From Bacillota bacterium (GTDB lineage Bacteria; Bacillota; Sulfobacillia; Sulfobacillales; JAIMBI01): DNA of 64,000 nucleotides. Below, piece after piece: positions 18,298-28,845 of the stretch (its first letter is position 1; each line of letters begins with the position of its first letter). The notes below the pieces were generated by a model. That model had not been told where the DNA came from. It saw only the letters and a program-made list of their open reading frames with translations, and searched no databases. The stretch spans positions 83,810-147,809 of the forward strand of contig JAJZWS010000001.1 in NCBI GenBank assembly GCA_021846565.1, in the 5' to 3' direction. The position numbers and the translations under genes are program-made.

Positions 18298-20388
18298 ATG
18301 CAGCAGCGCCCCAGCTACGCCATGACCCGCCGCACCCTGCTGGTGTTGGGTGGCGTCGGCCTCTTTGATCTCTGGCTCGTGACCCGGATGGTGATGCTCC
18401 AAGGCCCCTGGTCCCCTCGCCTGCGGCAGCTGGCCGACGATGCCCATCTGCGGGGCGTTCCGCTGGCACCCTTGCGCGGTGACATTCTGGACCAGCACGG
18501 CCGACTCTTGGCGGGCAGTGAGAATCTCTACTCGGCGTATGCGGTGCCCGGGCAGGTCGTGCACCCCGACGAAGAGGCCCAGCTGCTGGCCACCGTGCTG
18601 CAACTGCCGGTCGAGGGCCTGCGCCGGAGACTCACGCGGCGCCTGGGTTTCGTGTGGGTGCACCGCCGGCTGTCCGCCAACGAGGTGGGGGCGATTCGGG
18701 CCCAGGCGGGGGCGCTGCCCGGCGTGCACCTGGTGCCGGAGTCTACCCGTTACTACCCCGAGGGTGAGTTTGCCGGCCAGGTTCTCGGCTTTACCGGCAT
18801 CGACAATCAGGGCCTGGCTGGTTTGGAATGGACGTACAATCAGCCGCTGGAAGGCGAGCGCGGCTGGATTCTCCGGGAATATGCGGCGACGGGCCGGCCG
18901 ATCCCCGGTGGTGCCACCCGCATCGATGCGCCGACGCGCGGCGACGCGCTGTGGACCACCCTGGATGAAAACATTCAGTGGATGGCGGAACACGCTGCGG
19001 ATGAGGCCCTCATTCAGCACGGGGCGAAACGGGTGATGGTGATCGTGCTGGACCCCAACACCGGTGGCGTGATTGCGCTGGCGAACCGGCCTGGCTACAA
19101 TCCCAACCGCCGGCCCCAGGAGCCCAGGCAGGACCGGGACTACGCGGTGTCGGACGCTATTCCCCCGGGGTCCATCTTCAAACCGGTCACCTTGGCCGCG
19201 GCCCTGCAGTCCGGCGCCGCGCGCCCCTCGAGCGGGTACTACTGCCCCGGATACAAGTTGGTGCTGGGACGGCGCGTCAACTGCTGGCGGCGCGGGGGGC
19301 ACGGAGCCGAGTCGCTGGCCGACGTGGTCAAAAATTCATGCAATGTGGGCTTCATGGAGCTGGGGCTGTCCATCGGGACGGACCGGTTTTACCGATATTT
19401 GAGTCAATTCCAGGTTCTGGGTCCTTCGGGGATTGACCTGCCGGGAGAGGGCCGCGGCATCGCGCCCGCCCAGCGGGACACCACGGCCCTGGATCTGGCG
19501 GTGATGGCGTTTGGCCAAACCCTCACGACCACCCCGATCGCCCTGGCCAATGCGGTGGCGGCACTGGCCAACGGGGGCGAGCTGCTGCGCCCGCATGTCG
19601 GCGGCCGGCTGGTGGCGCCCGATGGACGGACCGTGCGCGACCTTGCGCGCCACGTGGTGCGACGGGTGGTGAGCCCCGAGGTGGCCCGGCTGGTTCAGCA
19701 AATGATGGTGCGGGTGGTGGCCCAAGGCACCGGTAAAAATGCGCAGGTGCCGGGATACCATGTGGCAGGGAAAACGGGGACGGCCCAGAAAGTGGTCGGG
19801 GGGCGGGTGGAGCAGGGTGTGTATATCTCGTCCTTTGTGGGGTTTGCTCCAGTGCCGTCGCCGCGCGCGGTGATTCTGTGCTCGATCGACGAACCGCAGG
19901 GAGCGTACTATGGAGGGCAGGTGGCCGCACCGGTGGTGGGTCGCCTGCTGAGGCAGATGTTGGCGTACTGGAAGGTGCCCGCCACGGCGCCCGCGCCGCG
20001 GCCCAAGGCTGGCCAGGCGGCGTTCGTGCCCAACCTGGTCAACCTGACCCCCGACGACGCGCGCCACGACGCGGAGTGGTTCGGCTTTCGGCCCGCGTTT
20101 CGCGGCAGCGGCCCTACGGTCGTGGACCAGTCGGTGGAATACGGAGGATATCGGCCTGCGGGATCGGCGCTCGCGCTCACCCTGGGGCGTCGACCCCGGA
20201 TTTATTTGGATTGGGTGGCCGTGCCGGCCGTGGTGGGCCTCTCCGTAGCCCAGGCCCGGAACGTGGCTTTTGACATTGGGATCAATCTTCATGTAGAAGG
20301 GAACCTGGACGGTCGTGTACAGTGGCAGCAATGGCCGGCGAACCATGAGGTGCGCGCGGGCGTTACCATGCCTGTGGTGGCGGGATGA
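18298..20388 (+). CDS. pbpB: class B penicillin-binding protein (PBP2B/FtsI/SpoVD type) with C-terminal PASTA repeats
   Basis: N-terminal TM helix, a dimerisation domain, and the transpeptidase motifs SIFK, SCN and KTGTA. Two PASTA-like repeats lie at the C-terminus. ATG 18298 was chosen over the track start 18223. Confidence 0.85.
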   Translation: MQQRPSYAMTRRTLLVLGGVGLFDLWLVTRMVMLQGPWSPRLRQLADDAHLRGVPLAPLRGDILDQHGRLLAGSENLYSAYAVPGQVVHPDEEAQLLATVLQLPVEGLRRRLTRRLGFVWVHRRLSANEVGAIRAQAGALPGVHLVPESTRYYPEGEFAGQVLGFTGIDNQGLAGLEWTYNQPLEGERGWILREYAATGRPIPGGATRIDAPTRGDALWTTLDENIQWMAEHAADEALIQHGAKRVMVIVLDPNTGGVIALANRPGYNPNRRPQEPRQDRDYAVSDAIPPGSIFKPVTLAAALQSGAARPSSGYYCPGYKLVLGRRVNCWRRGGHGAESLADVVKNSCNVGFMELGLSIGTDRFYRYLSQFQVLGPSGIDLPGEGRGIAPAQRDTTALDLAVMAFGQTLTTTPIALANAVAALANGGELLRPHVGGRLVAPDGRTVRDLARHVVRRVVSPEVARLVQQMMVRVVAQGTGKNAQVPGYHVAGKTGTAQKVVGGRVEQGVYISSFVGFAPVPSPRAVILCSIDEPQGAYYGGQVAAPVVGRLLRQMLAYWKVPATAPAPRPKAGQAAFVPNLVNLTPDDARHDAEWFGFRPAFRGSGPTVVDQSVEYGGYRPAGSALALTLGRRPRIYLDWVAVPAVVGLSVAQARNVAFDIGINLHVEGNLDGRVQWQQWPANHEVRAGVTMPVVAG

Positions 20389-21953
20389 TGAAACGTATGG
20401 TCTGGCACGGGTGGAAAAGTGAGGCATGGTTGCGGATGACACCCAAACACGAGGGACGCCTGATGCGCCCCGCCCCGATGGAGTTGGCGAAGTTGGGCGC
20501 GGCCATTGGCGCGCGCGTGACCGGGGCGGCCACGGTCCGAGGCATCACCTACGACAGCCGGCTGGTGGAACCCGGCGACCTGTTTTGCGCGATTCCCGGA
20601 TTTCGAACGGACGGGCACCGCTACATTGCCGAGGCGCGGGCGCGGGGTGCCGCCGCGCTCTTGGTGGAGCGGGCGGAGGTGGTGCCGCCCGACTGTGCGG
20701 CGCTGGTGGTGCCTCACTCGCGCATCGGCATCGCGCAGGCGGCCCGGGTGCTGTTTGAAGACCCGAGCCGTCACCTGTGGATGATCGGGGTGACGGGCAC
20801 CAACGGCAAAACCACGACGACCCATCTGATCCGGCAGGTGCTGATGGCTGGGGGTATTCGATGCGGCGTGATTGGGACGGTGCATACCATGGTGGGCAGC
20901 GAGACCCTGCCGTCGGAGCGCACCACGCCCGAGGCGCCCGATCTGCAGGCCACGTTAGGCTACATGGTGCGGGCGGGCGAGCGGGCCGTGGCGATGGAGG
21001 TGTCGTCCCACTCGCTGGCACTCCATCGGGTCGCGGGGGTCCAGTACGATGTCGGCGTGTTCACCAACCTCACGCAGGACCACCTGGATTTTCATCAGGA
21101 CATGGAAGACTACTTCGCGGCGAAGGCGCTCCTATTCGAGGGACTGGGCCACGGCGACCCCAAAGGGCCGCGCCGCGCGATTCTCAACGCGGACGACCCC
21201 TGGGCGGGGCGGCTGGTGGGCTTGACCACGGTACCCATTTTGAGCTATGGGTTTGCGTCCTCCGCTGACGTGCGGGCCGAAGCCGTCGAGATCGGGACGT
21301 GGGGCAGTCGGTTCACGCTTTGGCTGCCCGATGAGAATCCCGTGCGGGTGCAGGTGCCGCTTGGGGGTCGCTTCAACGTCTCCAACGCGCTGGGGGCTAT
21401 GGCTGTGGGCCATCTGGCCGGGGTGCCCGTGCCACGCATGGTGGAGGCCCTCGGCAAGGTGCCCGGCGTTCCCGGGCGGTTCGAACGGGTGGATCAGGGG
21501 CAACCGTTCTCGGTCGTGGTGGATTACGCGCACAGTCCTGACGGCTTGATGAACGTTTTAAGTACGGCACGCGAACTGACGGCCGGTCGCCTGGTGGCCG
21601 TGTTTGGTGCCGGGGGCGACCGTGACCGCGCCAAGCGCCCCCTCATGGGCGAAGTGGTGGGTCGGCTGGCCGACTGGCCGATCATTACGTCGGACAATCC
21701 CCGGAGTGAAGATCCTGATGCCATCTTGAGGGACGTGGCCGTCGGCGTGTCCCAGGCGGGGGGGCGGCCCACGCTGGTCGCGGACCGGCGCCTGGCCATT
21801 TATGAAGCATGTCGGGCGGCCCAGCCCGGCGATGTGGTGATGATTCTCGGCAAGGGTCACGAGGGGTACCAGGTATTTGCGGATCGGGTGGTCGCGTTCG
21901 ACGATCGCCAGGTGGCTCGCGAGGCGCTTACCGCTCTAGGGTGGTCGTTGTGA
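20385..21953 (+). CDS. murE: UDP-N-acetylmuramoyl-L-alanyl-D-glutamate--2,6-diaminopimelate ligase
   Basis: GVTGTNGKTTT P-loop and a DNPR motif (ITSDNPRSEDP) are present. Its ATGA overlaps the PBP stop. An internal Met at 20463 is an alternative start. Confidence 0.9.
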   Translation: MMKRMVWHGWKSEAWLRMTPKHEGRLMRPAPMELAKLGAAIGARVTGAATVRGITYDSRLVEPGDLFCAIPGFRTDGHRYIAEARARGAAALLVERAEVVPPDCAALVVPHSRIGIAQAARVLFEDPSRHLWMIGVTGTNGKTTTTHLIRQVLMAGGIRCGVIGTVHTMVGSETLPSERTTPEAPDLQATLGYMVRAGERAVAMEVSSHSLALHRVAGVQYDVGVFTNLTQDHLDFHQDMEDYFAAKALLFEGLGHGDPKGPRRAILNADDPWAGRLVGLTTVPILSYGFASSADVRAEAVEIGTWGSRFTLWLPDENPVRVQVPLGGRFNVSNALGAMAVGHLAGVPVPRMVEALGKVPGVPGRFERVDQGQPFSVVVDYAHSPDGLMNVLSTARELTAGRLVAVFGAGGDRDRAKRPLMGEVVGRLADWPIITSDNPRSEDPDAILRDVAVGVSQAGGRPTLVADRRLAIYEACRAAQPGDVVMILGKGHEGYQVFADRVVAFDDRQVAREALTALGWSL

Positions 21954-23305
21954 GACTCTCCGTGGCCGAGGCGGCCGTGCGGGTGGGTGGGCAGGTGGGC
22001 GCCCGCGCCGCGGCCGCACACTTCAGCCGGGTGGTGGTGGACAGTCGCCAGGCGGGGCCTGACAGCTTGTTTGTGGCGTTGCCGGGTACGCGCACCCATG
22101 GGGCGCATTTTGCCGGGGCGGCCCAGGCGCTGGGCGCGGTCGTGCTCATGGCCGCTCCGCTGCCGGCGGATGTGGACACGAAGCGGGTGTGGCGGCACGA
22201 CGACCCTTTGGCCGCCCTGGGGGGAGTGGGACGCTGGGCCCTGGAGTGCACCGGCGCCCGGGTAGTGGGCATCACCGGCAGTGTTGGGAAGTCGTCCACC
22301 CGAGCGCTGGTGCAGGCGGTCCTAGGGGGCTCGTTTCGGGTGGGGGCGACGCCTGGGAACCTCAACACCGCCATCGGCCTGCCCATGGCGCTGGTGGCGC
22401 AGCCCACGCCGTTGGACTGGTTCGTGGCCGAGATGGGCATGCGCGCGGCTGGGGAGATCACCCGCCTCACCGCCATCGCGCCCCCGTCGGTGGCGGTGCT
22501 GACCAACATCGGGTATGCCCACGTGGGCCAGCTGGGGAGCGTCGAGGCGGTCGCCGAGGCCAAGGCAGAAATTCTGGCCGGTCTGACCGCTGGCGACGTG
22601 GCGGTGTTGAACGGTGCAGACCCGCGGGTGGCGCGGCTGGCCCGCCGCGTGGCGGGGCGTGTGGTGTGGTTTGGTACGCCGGACGCTGACGTCGAAGTCC
22701 GGGCCGTCCGGGCCGAACGGGGCGGCGTGGCTTTTGAGCTGCGCATGGGCGCCGAGACGGCGCGGGTACGCCTGCCGTGGGATGGCGTACATCAGGCGGA
22801 CAACGCTGCGGCGGCCGCTGCGGTCGCTGGCGCCTTGGGCCTCCCGCTGGCGGAGGTGGCCGCGCGGCTGGGACAGGCCAGCGCGGCCGACAGCCACTTC
22901 CGCCGCGTCGTGGTGGGGGGCATCACCATTTTGGACGACACCTACAATGCCAGCCCCGCGTCCGTGCGCGCGGGGCTGGCGGTGCTGGCCCAGGAACGCG
23001 GACGGCGCGTGGCGGTGGTGGGCGACATGCTGGAACTGGGCTCGACCGAAGAAGCCCTGCACCGGGAGCTGGGGACGGCGGCGGCCGCCTGCGCAGACCT
23101 GGTCTGGACCGTCGGGGATCGGGCCCGGTGGGTCGCCGAGGCAGCATGCGCGGCCGGGGTCCCGACGTCCGTCTTCTCGGGGCTGGATGAACTGGCGGCG
23201 GCTTTGGATCGAGAACTGCAGGCCGGAGACGTCGTGTACCTGAAGGCGGGCCGCGCCGTGGGACTGGACCGTGTGGCGCGCCAGTTGATGGAGGACCACC
23301 GTTGA
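21950..23305 (+). CDS. murF: UDP-N-acetylmuramoyl-tripeptide--D-alanyl-D-alanine ligase
   Basis: GITGSVGKSST P-loop and DSR....DSLFVAL are present. Its GTGA overlaps the murE stop. The track ORF start 21809 lies inside murE. Confidence 0.9.
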   Translation: MRLSVAEAAVRVGGQVGARAAAAHFSRVVVDSRQAGPDSLFVALPGTRTHGAHFAGAAQALGAVVLMAAPLPADVDTKRVWRHDDPLAALGGVGRWALECTGARVVGITGSVGKSSTRALVQAVLGGSFRVGATPGNLNTAIGLPMALVAQPTPLDWFVAEMGMRAAGEITRLTAIAPPSVAVLTNIGYAHVGQLGSVEAVAEAKAEILAGLTAGDVAVLNGADPRVARLARRVAGRVVWFGTPDADVEVRAVRAERGGVAFELRMGAETARVRLPWDGVHQADNAAAAAAVAGALGLPLAEVAARLGQASAADSHFRRVVVGGITILDDTYNASPASVRAGLAVLAQERGRRVAVVGDMLELGSTEEALHRELGTAAAACADLVWTVGDRARWVAEAACAAGVPTSVFSGLDELAAALDRELQAGDVVYLKAGRAVGLDRVARQLMEDHR

Positions 23306-24237
23306 GTGCGGCGGCGGCTTTGGCAGCCCTGCTGCTGGCCCTGCTGCTCGGGGCCGTCTTGGTGCCGGTCTTAAAGCGTGTCGGCGCGGGTCAGACCGTG
23401 CGCACCACAGGGCCGGCTTCGCATTTGGCGAAGCAGGGTACCCCGACGATGGGGGGCGCCATTTTCCTCGTGCCCGCTGCGCTGGTAAGCCTCGGGGTGT
23501 TTCGGGCGTCGCCCACCGTGTGGGCGCTTACGGTGTTCACGCTCGGGTTCGCGGCGCTGGGCTTCTGGGATGACTACGTAAAAGTGGTGCGGCGGCGCGC
23601 CCTGGGCCTGCGGGCCCGCGAGAAGTTGTTGGTGCAGCTGGTGTGGTCCGCCCTCTTCCTGTGGTTTGCAGCGCAGCACCTGGGCGCGTCCGCGCCCTGG
23701 CCGCTGCCGTGGGGGGGGAGCCTCACGCCTGGGAGCTGGTACTACCCGTTGGGCCTTTTGGTCTTGGTCGGCGCAGTCAATGGGGTGAACGAGACGGACG
23801 GCGTCGATGGTCTGGCCGGCGGCACGGCCGTGGTGGCACTGGGTTTCTTTTCCCTGTATGCGGCCGCGCGTGGGCGGCTGGCCTCCTCGTCGTATGCCCT
23901 AGTGCTGGCGGCCGCGGTGGTGGGCTACCTGCGCTACAACCTGCATCCCGCCCGCATCATCATGGGGGACACCGGCTCGCTCGCGCTCGGGGCTGCGCTG
24001 GGGGGGCTGGCGGTGGTGACCCACGCGCCGCTGCTGCTGCCGGTGGTGGGGGGCGTGTTTGTCCTGGAAACACTGTCGGTCATCATTCAGGTTGTGAGCT
24101 TTCGTGTCACAGGGCGGCGCGTGTTCCGCATGTCGCCGCTGCATCATCACTTTGAACTGAGTGGGTGGTCGGAAGAGCGCGTGGTGGCGACCTTTTGGGT
24201 GGCGGCGCTGGCCTTTGCGGTGCTGGCATGGGTATGA
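23302..24237 (+). CDS. mraY: phospho-N-acetylmuramoyl-pentapeptide transferase
   Basis: KQGTPTMGG, NGVNETDGVDGLA and MGDTGSLALG motifs are present. The TTG start overlaps the murF stop. Confidence 0.9.
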   Translation: MSAAAALAALLLALLLGAVLVPVLKRVGAGQTVRTTGPASHLAKQGTPTMGGAIFLVPAALVSLGVFRASPTVWALTVFTLGFAALGFWDDYVKVVRRRALGLRAREKLLVQLVWSALFLWFAAQHLGASAPWPLPWGGSLTPGSWYYPLGLLVLVGAVNGVNETDGVDGLAGGTAVVALGFFSLYAAARGRLASSSYALVLAAAVVGYLRYNLHPARIIMGDTGSLALGAALGGLAVVTHAPLLLPVVGGVFVLETLSVIIQVVSFRVTGRRVFRMSPLHHHFELSGWSEERVVATFWVAALAFAVLAWV

Positions 24238-24244
24238 TCGGCTT

Positions 24245-25396
24245 ATGAGCACTCGACCCTCGCCGTCGGCCGCCACGCCGCGCGGCCGACCGGCTGCCGG
24301 GACGGACGTGCGCGGCGAGCCTGACTACATTCTTTTAGGCGCGGTGCTGGCGCTGCTGACCATCGGCGGCATCATGGTGCTGTCGGCCAGTGCCTCGGAG
24401 GCGCTGGCCCAGCATCAAAGTCCGTACTACTTCTTTGAGCACCAGATGCTCTGGACGCTGCTGGGGCTGGTGGCCCTGGTCATCGTGGCGCGCATTCCCT
24501 ATTGGAAGTGGCCCCGATGGGGCATGTGGCTGTATGGAGGCAGCGTGGTGGCGCTGATGGCAGTTTTGGTGCCGCACGTGGGCCTGGACATCAACGGGGC
24601 GCGCCGATGGGTGAAGGTGGGTCCGCTGGTGGCGCAGCCGTCCGAACTGGCGAAACTGGCGATGGTGGTGCTGTTTTCGTGGCTTCTGTCCAAAAACCAG
24701 GACCGTCTGGCGAACTTCTGGCATGGCATCGTGCCGCATGTCGCACTGGCAGCCGTGGTGCTGGTGTTGATTCTGGCGGAGCCGGACCTGGGGACGACCA
24801 TCGTGGTGGGGGCGACCTTCGCCGTCATGTTGTTCGCGGCGGGCATCCGAAGCCGCCACATGGTGGGGCTCGGAGCGATCACTCTGCCGGTGCTGGCTTG
24901 GGCGGCCCTCGGCCAAGCCTATCGACGGCAACGCGTGCTGGCGTTCTTAGACCCGTGGAAGCACCCTTTGAGTACCGGGTTTCATACGATCCAGGGTCTG
25001 TTGGCGCTGGGGTCGGGCGGCATTCTGGGGGTGGGGCTGGGCCACTCGCTGCAGGCGTTCGGCTATCTGCCGGAGGATTACACCGACTTTATTTTTGCCA
25101 TTATCGGCGAGGAGTTGGGCCTTATCGGGGCATTTCTGGTTATCGCGCTGTTCGCCGTCGTCGCGTGGCGCGGCTATCGGATTGCGCTCAGGGCTCCCGA
25201 CACGTTTTCGGCGCTGTTGGCCTTGGGGTTGACCACCCTGATTGTGGGGCAGGCGGCGATCAACATTGGCGTGGTGACGGCCACCCTGCCGGTGACGGGC
25301 ATCACGCTCCCGTTCATCAGTTACGGCGGGTCGTCTCTGCTGCTCAGCCTGGTGGATGTGGGGATCCTGCTCAACATCAGTCGCCACACCACGTAA
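24245..25396 (+). CDS. ftsW: SEDS-family lipid II flippase / peptidoglycan polymerase (FtsW/SpoVE)
   Basis: ATG 24245. The SEDS pattern is present (INGARRW...QPSE.AK, LPE..TDFIFA.IGEELG, TG..LPF.SYGGSS). Confidence 0.85.
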   Translation: MSTRPSPSAATPRGRPAAGTDVRGEPDYILLGAVLALLTIGGIMVLSASASEALAQHQSPYYFFEHQMLWTLLGLVALVIVARIPYWKWPRWGMWLYGGSVVALMAVLVPHVGLDINGARRWVKVGPLVAQPSELAKLAMVVLFSWLLSKNQDRLANFWHGIVPHVALAAVVLVLILAEPDLGTTIVVGATFAVMLFAAGIRSRHMVGLGAITLPVLAWAALGQAYRRQRVLAFLDPWKHPLSTGFHTIQGLLALGSGGILGVGLGHSLQAFGYLPEDYTDFIFAIIGEELGLIGAFLVIALFAVVAWRGYRIALRAPDTFSALLALGLTTLIVGQAAINIGVVTATLPVTGITLPFISYGGSSLLLSLVDVGILLNISRHTT

Positions 25397-25431
25397 GCCA
25401 GAGGGAACCATGAGGTGGAGGGGCGCACAGG

Positions 25432-26577
25432 ATGTCCACAGCAAGCGGCCGCAAGCCCGGACTCCGCGTCGCGCTGTCCGGCGGGGGGAGCGGGGGTCAT
25501 GTCTACCCCGCGCTGGCGGTGGCGGGGCGGTTCCAGGCCGAGGCAGACGCGATCGACCTGATGTACGTGGGCACTCGGGCGGGGCTCGAGGCTGACTTGG
25601 TGCCCCGCAGTGGAGTACCGTTTCACACCATTCATGCAGCCGCGTGGCTGAAGCCTGGGGCGGCCGCCAAGCTTCGGGGGGCCTGGCACACGGCGCGCGG
25701 GACGTGGGACGCGTGGCGGCTTCTGGCGCGCACGCGCCCGGACGTGGTGCTGACGACGGGTGGCTACGTGACCGGGCCGGTGGGGTTGGCGGCCTCCTGG
25801 CTCCACATTCCGCTGGTGGTGCACGAGCAGAATGTGTGGCCCGGGCTCACCAACCGTCTGTTGGCACGCCGAGCCCACCTAGTGCTGACCAGCTACGCGG
25901 ACACGGCCCAGCATCTGGCGGCGGGCACGGTGGTGCGGGTTACCGGCTATCCGGTCCGGAGCGCGATCGTGGAGATGGACCGTGACGCGGCGCGGCGGCA
26001 GTTGGGCCTCGCGTCCGAGTGGGTGGTGGTGGTGGCCACCGGCGGGAGCCAGGGGGCGCCCGCCGTGAACACCTTGATGGCGGACGTCTGGGCGGCGGCG
26101 TTGGAGCGGCGCCATTGGGCCGTACTGTGGGCCACCGGTCCCCGCCGTTTTGAGGGGGCGACGGCGCACCTGGACCGCACCGCCGATCCGGAGCGGCTGC
26201 GCGTGGAACCGTACCTCTATGACCTGGATGTGGTGCTGGCGGCGGCGGACGTGGTGGTGGGCCGAGCAGGAGCGGGGACCCTGGCCGAGGCGGCCGCGCG
26301 CGCGCTGCCACTGGTGCTGGTGCCATCGCCTCACGTGTCAGAGCGCCATCAGGAAAAAAATGCAGCTGTGTGGGCGGATCGCGGTGCTGCGCTGGTGGTG
26401 GCGGAGTCGTCGGTTGGCCAAGCGGGGCTGTCGGCGGTCGCCGCCCTCATGGACGACGCGGACCGCCGCCGCACCATGGGTGAGGCGGGCAGGCGCCTGC
26501 ACCACCCCGCGGCGCTTGACCGCATTGTGGCGGCCGTGGTGGACGCGGCCCGATCCCGTGACGGGAGGCGGGCGTGA
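25432..26577 (+). CDS. murG: UDP-N-acetylglucosamine--N-acetylmuramyl-(pentapeptide) pyrophosphoryl-undecaprenol GlcNAc transferase
   Basis: GGGSGGHVYPALAV N-terminal motif and the C-terminal GAGTLAE..A...P..LVP motif are present. Confidence 0.9.
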   Translation: MSTASGRKPGLRVALSGGGSGGHVYPALAVAGRFQAEADAIDLMYVGTRAGLEADLVPRSGVPFHTIHAAAWLKPGAAAKLRGAWHTARGTWDAWRLLARTRPDVVLTTGGYVTGPVGLAASWLHIPLVVHEQNVWPGLTNRLLARRAHLVLTSYADTAQHLAAGTVVRVTGYPVRSAIVEMDRDAARRQLGLASEWVVVVATGGSQGAPAVNTLMADVWAAALERRHWAVLWATGPRRFEGATAHLDRTADPERLRVEPYLYDLDVVLAAADVVVGRAGAGTLAEAAARALPLVLVPSPHVSERHQEKNAAVWADRGAALVVAESSVGQAGLSAVAALMDDADRRRTMGEAGRRLHHPAALDRIVAAVVDAARSRDGRRA

Positions 26578-27563
26578 TGGGCGCGGAGGGCCGTGTGCCG
26601 GCGCCCGAGGCACCGATCGCGGCGAACCTGCGTACCCTGGGCGTGAACGCGCGGCCAGCGGAGCGACTTGCCCGCCATACCTCGTTCAAAATTGGCGGGC
26701 CAGTGGGGGCCTTCGTCGAGCCGGCGGACGAGGCGGAGGCCTTGTTGGCCGCCCGGACGGCATTTGAGCAGGGGGTCCCGCTGATGGTGGTGGGCCTCGG
26801 GTCCAACTTGTTGGTGTCGGACCGTGGCTTCGACGGGATCGTGCTGTCGCTGGCGCGGGCGTGCCGGGGTGTCCGGCGCGACGGGACCCGCTTGGCGGCG
26901 GGTGCCGGGGTGTCGCTGGCCAAGGTTGCGCACACGGCCGCGGGGCTCGAGCTGTCGGGCGTGGAGTTTGCAGTCAGCATTCCCGGCACCGTGGGTGGCG
27001 CGGCGGTGATGAACGCGGGGGCGCACGGACGCAGTGCGCAGGACGTCGTCCAACAGGTCCGCGTGTGGGATCCGGCTCGGGGAGTGGTGGTGCTGCCGCG
27101 CGACGCGATGCAGTACGGGTACCGGATGAGCCGGGCTCAGCAGGAACCCTGGGTGGTGCTCGAAGTGTGGTTCGACCTCACGCCGGCACCCCGGGAGGCG
27201 ATCGCGCGTACGATGCGGGACTACATGGAGCATCGGCGAGTCACGCAGCCGGTGGGCGAAAGAAACGCCGGCAGCATGTTCAAGAATCCGCCCGGAGATT
27301 TCGCCGCCCGCCTGATTGACGCGGTCGGCGCGAAAGGGTGGCGGGAGGGAGGTGCCTGCGTTTCCACCCTCCACGCGAACTTTATTGCGAATGACGGGAC
27401 CGCTACGGCCCGGGACGTGTTGACCCTGATGCGGCGGGTGGCGGCAGCGGTCCAGGAGCGGTTTCACACGGCACTGGCTCCGGAAGTGCGCTGGGTGGGG
27501 CCCCCGGAGGGAGAGGACGGCACAACGTGGGACAATTTGTGGTTGCCGGCGGCCGACGCTTAG
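26574..27563 (+). CDS. murB: UDP-N-acetylenolpyruvoylglucosamine reductase
   Basis: HTSFKIGGP, GLGSNLLV.D.G, IPGTVGGA..MNAGAHG and AGSMFKNP motifs are present. Its GTGA overlaps the murG stop. Confidence 0.9.
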   Translation: MMGAEGRVPAPEAPIAANLRTLGVNARPAERLARHTSFKIGGPVGAFVEPADEAEALLAARTAFEQGVPLMVVGLGSNLLVSDRGFDGIVLSLARACRGVRRDGTRLAAGAGVSLAKVAHTAAGLELSGVEFAVSIPGTVGGAAVMNAGAHGRSAQDVVQQVRVWDPARGVVVLPRDAMQYGYRMSRAQQEPWVVLEVWFDLTPAPREAIARTMRDYMEHRRVTQPVGERNAGSMFKNPPGDFAARLIDAVGAKGWREGGACVSTLHANFIANDGTATARDVLTLMRRVAAAVQERFHTALAPEVRWVGPPEGEDGTTWDNLWLPAADA

Positions 27564-28786
27564 CGGGAACGTTTGTGGTGTCCGGCTCAAAAAATGCGGC
27601 GCTCCCCATTCTGGCGGCCACCACCCTGGTGGCCGCGCCGGTGACACTTACGGGGGTGCCGCTGAGGCTTTTGGACGTGCGCCACATGCTGGCCATGCTG
27701 CAAGAGCTGGGGGTCACGGTGACCATGAGCGGGTCTGATACGGTCACGGTGGATGCCCGGGGTCCGCTGTCGCCGGACCTCCCGGACGTCTATACGCGGA
27801 CGATGCGGGCTTCGGTGTTCTTGATGGGCCCGATTCTGGGGCGGCTGGGTCGCGTCACGGTGTCGCGGCCCGGCGGGTGCAACATTGGGCCGCGCCCCAT
27901 TGACCTGCACTTGAAGGCGCTGGCAGCGCTGTCGGTGCGTTTCATGGAGGGTCCCGGCGGCCACATCGTGGGGGAGGGTCGTCGCCTGACGGGGGCGGTC
28001 ACGTACCTGGACCTTCCCAGCGTGGGCGCGACGGAGAACGTTATGATGGCGGCTGCGGCCGCGGAGGGCGACACCGTCATTGAGAACGCAGCGCGCGAGC
28101 CCGAGGTGGTGGACCTGGCGCAGTTCCTGAACGCGATGGGTGGGGCAGTGCACGGCGCTGGGACGGACCGCATTTGGATCCAGGGGGGCCATACGCTTTC
28201 GGGTGGCGCCTACGAACTGATTCCTGACCGCATCGAGGCGGGCACGGTGGCCGTGGCTGCGGCGCTGACCGGTGGCGACGTCATGCTGTCGCACGTAGTC
28301 CCCGAGCACCTCACCCCATTATGGCGCAAGCTGTCGGAGATGGGTGCCGCAGTCGAGGTGAGCGGCCCCACGGTGCGGGTGTCCGCCGCCGGCACGCTTC
28401 GTGCCACTTCGCTGCGCACCGGGCCGCACCCGGGCTTCCCCACGGACCTCCAGCCGTTGATGCTGGCGCTGATGACGCAGGCGCAGGGCTGCAGCACCTT
28501 GGTGGAGACAGTGTTCGAAAACCGACTCCGCCATGCGCTGGAACTTCGGCGGATGGGCGCCAACGTGTTGACCGACGGACGGATGGCGGTGATTTACGGC
28601 CCGACCCCGTTGGAGGGGGCGGTGGTGGAAGCCACTGACCTTCGCGCGGGCGCAGCCTTGATGGTGGCCGGGCTCGCGGCCCAGGGGAGCACCACCGTGC
28701 TGGGCGCGGAGATGGTGGCGCGCGGCTATCAGGACTGGGCGGAACGGCTGTCCGCCCTGGGGGCGTCCGTCACCTTGGAGCCGTAA
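27527..28786 (+). CDS. murA: UDP-N-acetylglucosamine 1-carboxyvinyltransferase
   Basis: L.G...VSGSKNAALPILAA and GGCNIGPRPIDLHL (active-site Cys loop) are present. The GTG start lies inside the murB 3-prime end, giving a 37-nt overlap. Confidence 0.9.
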   Translation: MGQFVVAGGRRLAGTFVVSGSKNAALPILAATTLVAAPVTLTGVPLRLLDVRHMLAMLQELGVTVTMSGSDTVTVDARGPLSPDLPDVYTRTMRASVFLMGPILGRLGRVTVSRPGGCNIGPRPIDLHLKALAALSVRFMEGPGGHIVGEGRRLTGAVTYLDLPSVGATENVMMAAAAAEGDTVIENAAREPEVVDLAQFLNAMGGAVHGAGTDRIWIQGGHTLSGGAYELIPDRIEAGTVAVAAALTGGDVMLSHVVPEHLTPLWRKLSEMGAAVEVSGPTVRVSAAGTLRATSLRTGPHPGFPTDLQPLMLALMTQAQGCSTLVETVFENRLRHALELRRMGANVLTDGRMAVIYGPTPLEGAVVEATDLRAGAALMVAGLAAQGSTTVLGAEMVARGYQDWAERLSALGASVTLEP

Positions 28787-28845
28787 GCCGGCGCCGAGTC
28801 GCATGCTATACTGCTTCCAGCCTAACTGCTGGGAGGGGCAATGAC

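Noticed and set aside
17626-19302. 558-aa minus-strand ORF
   Set aside because: It lies opposite ftsL and the PBP gene, which carry unambiguous motifs. Its composition is Arg/Gly/Pro/His-rich and not protein-like.
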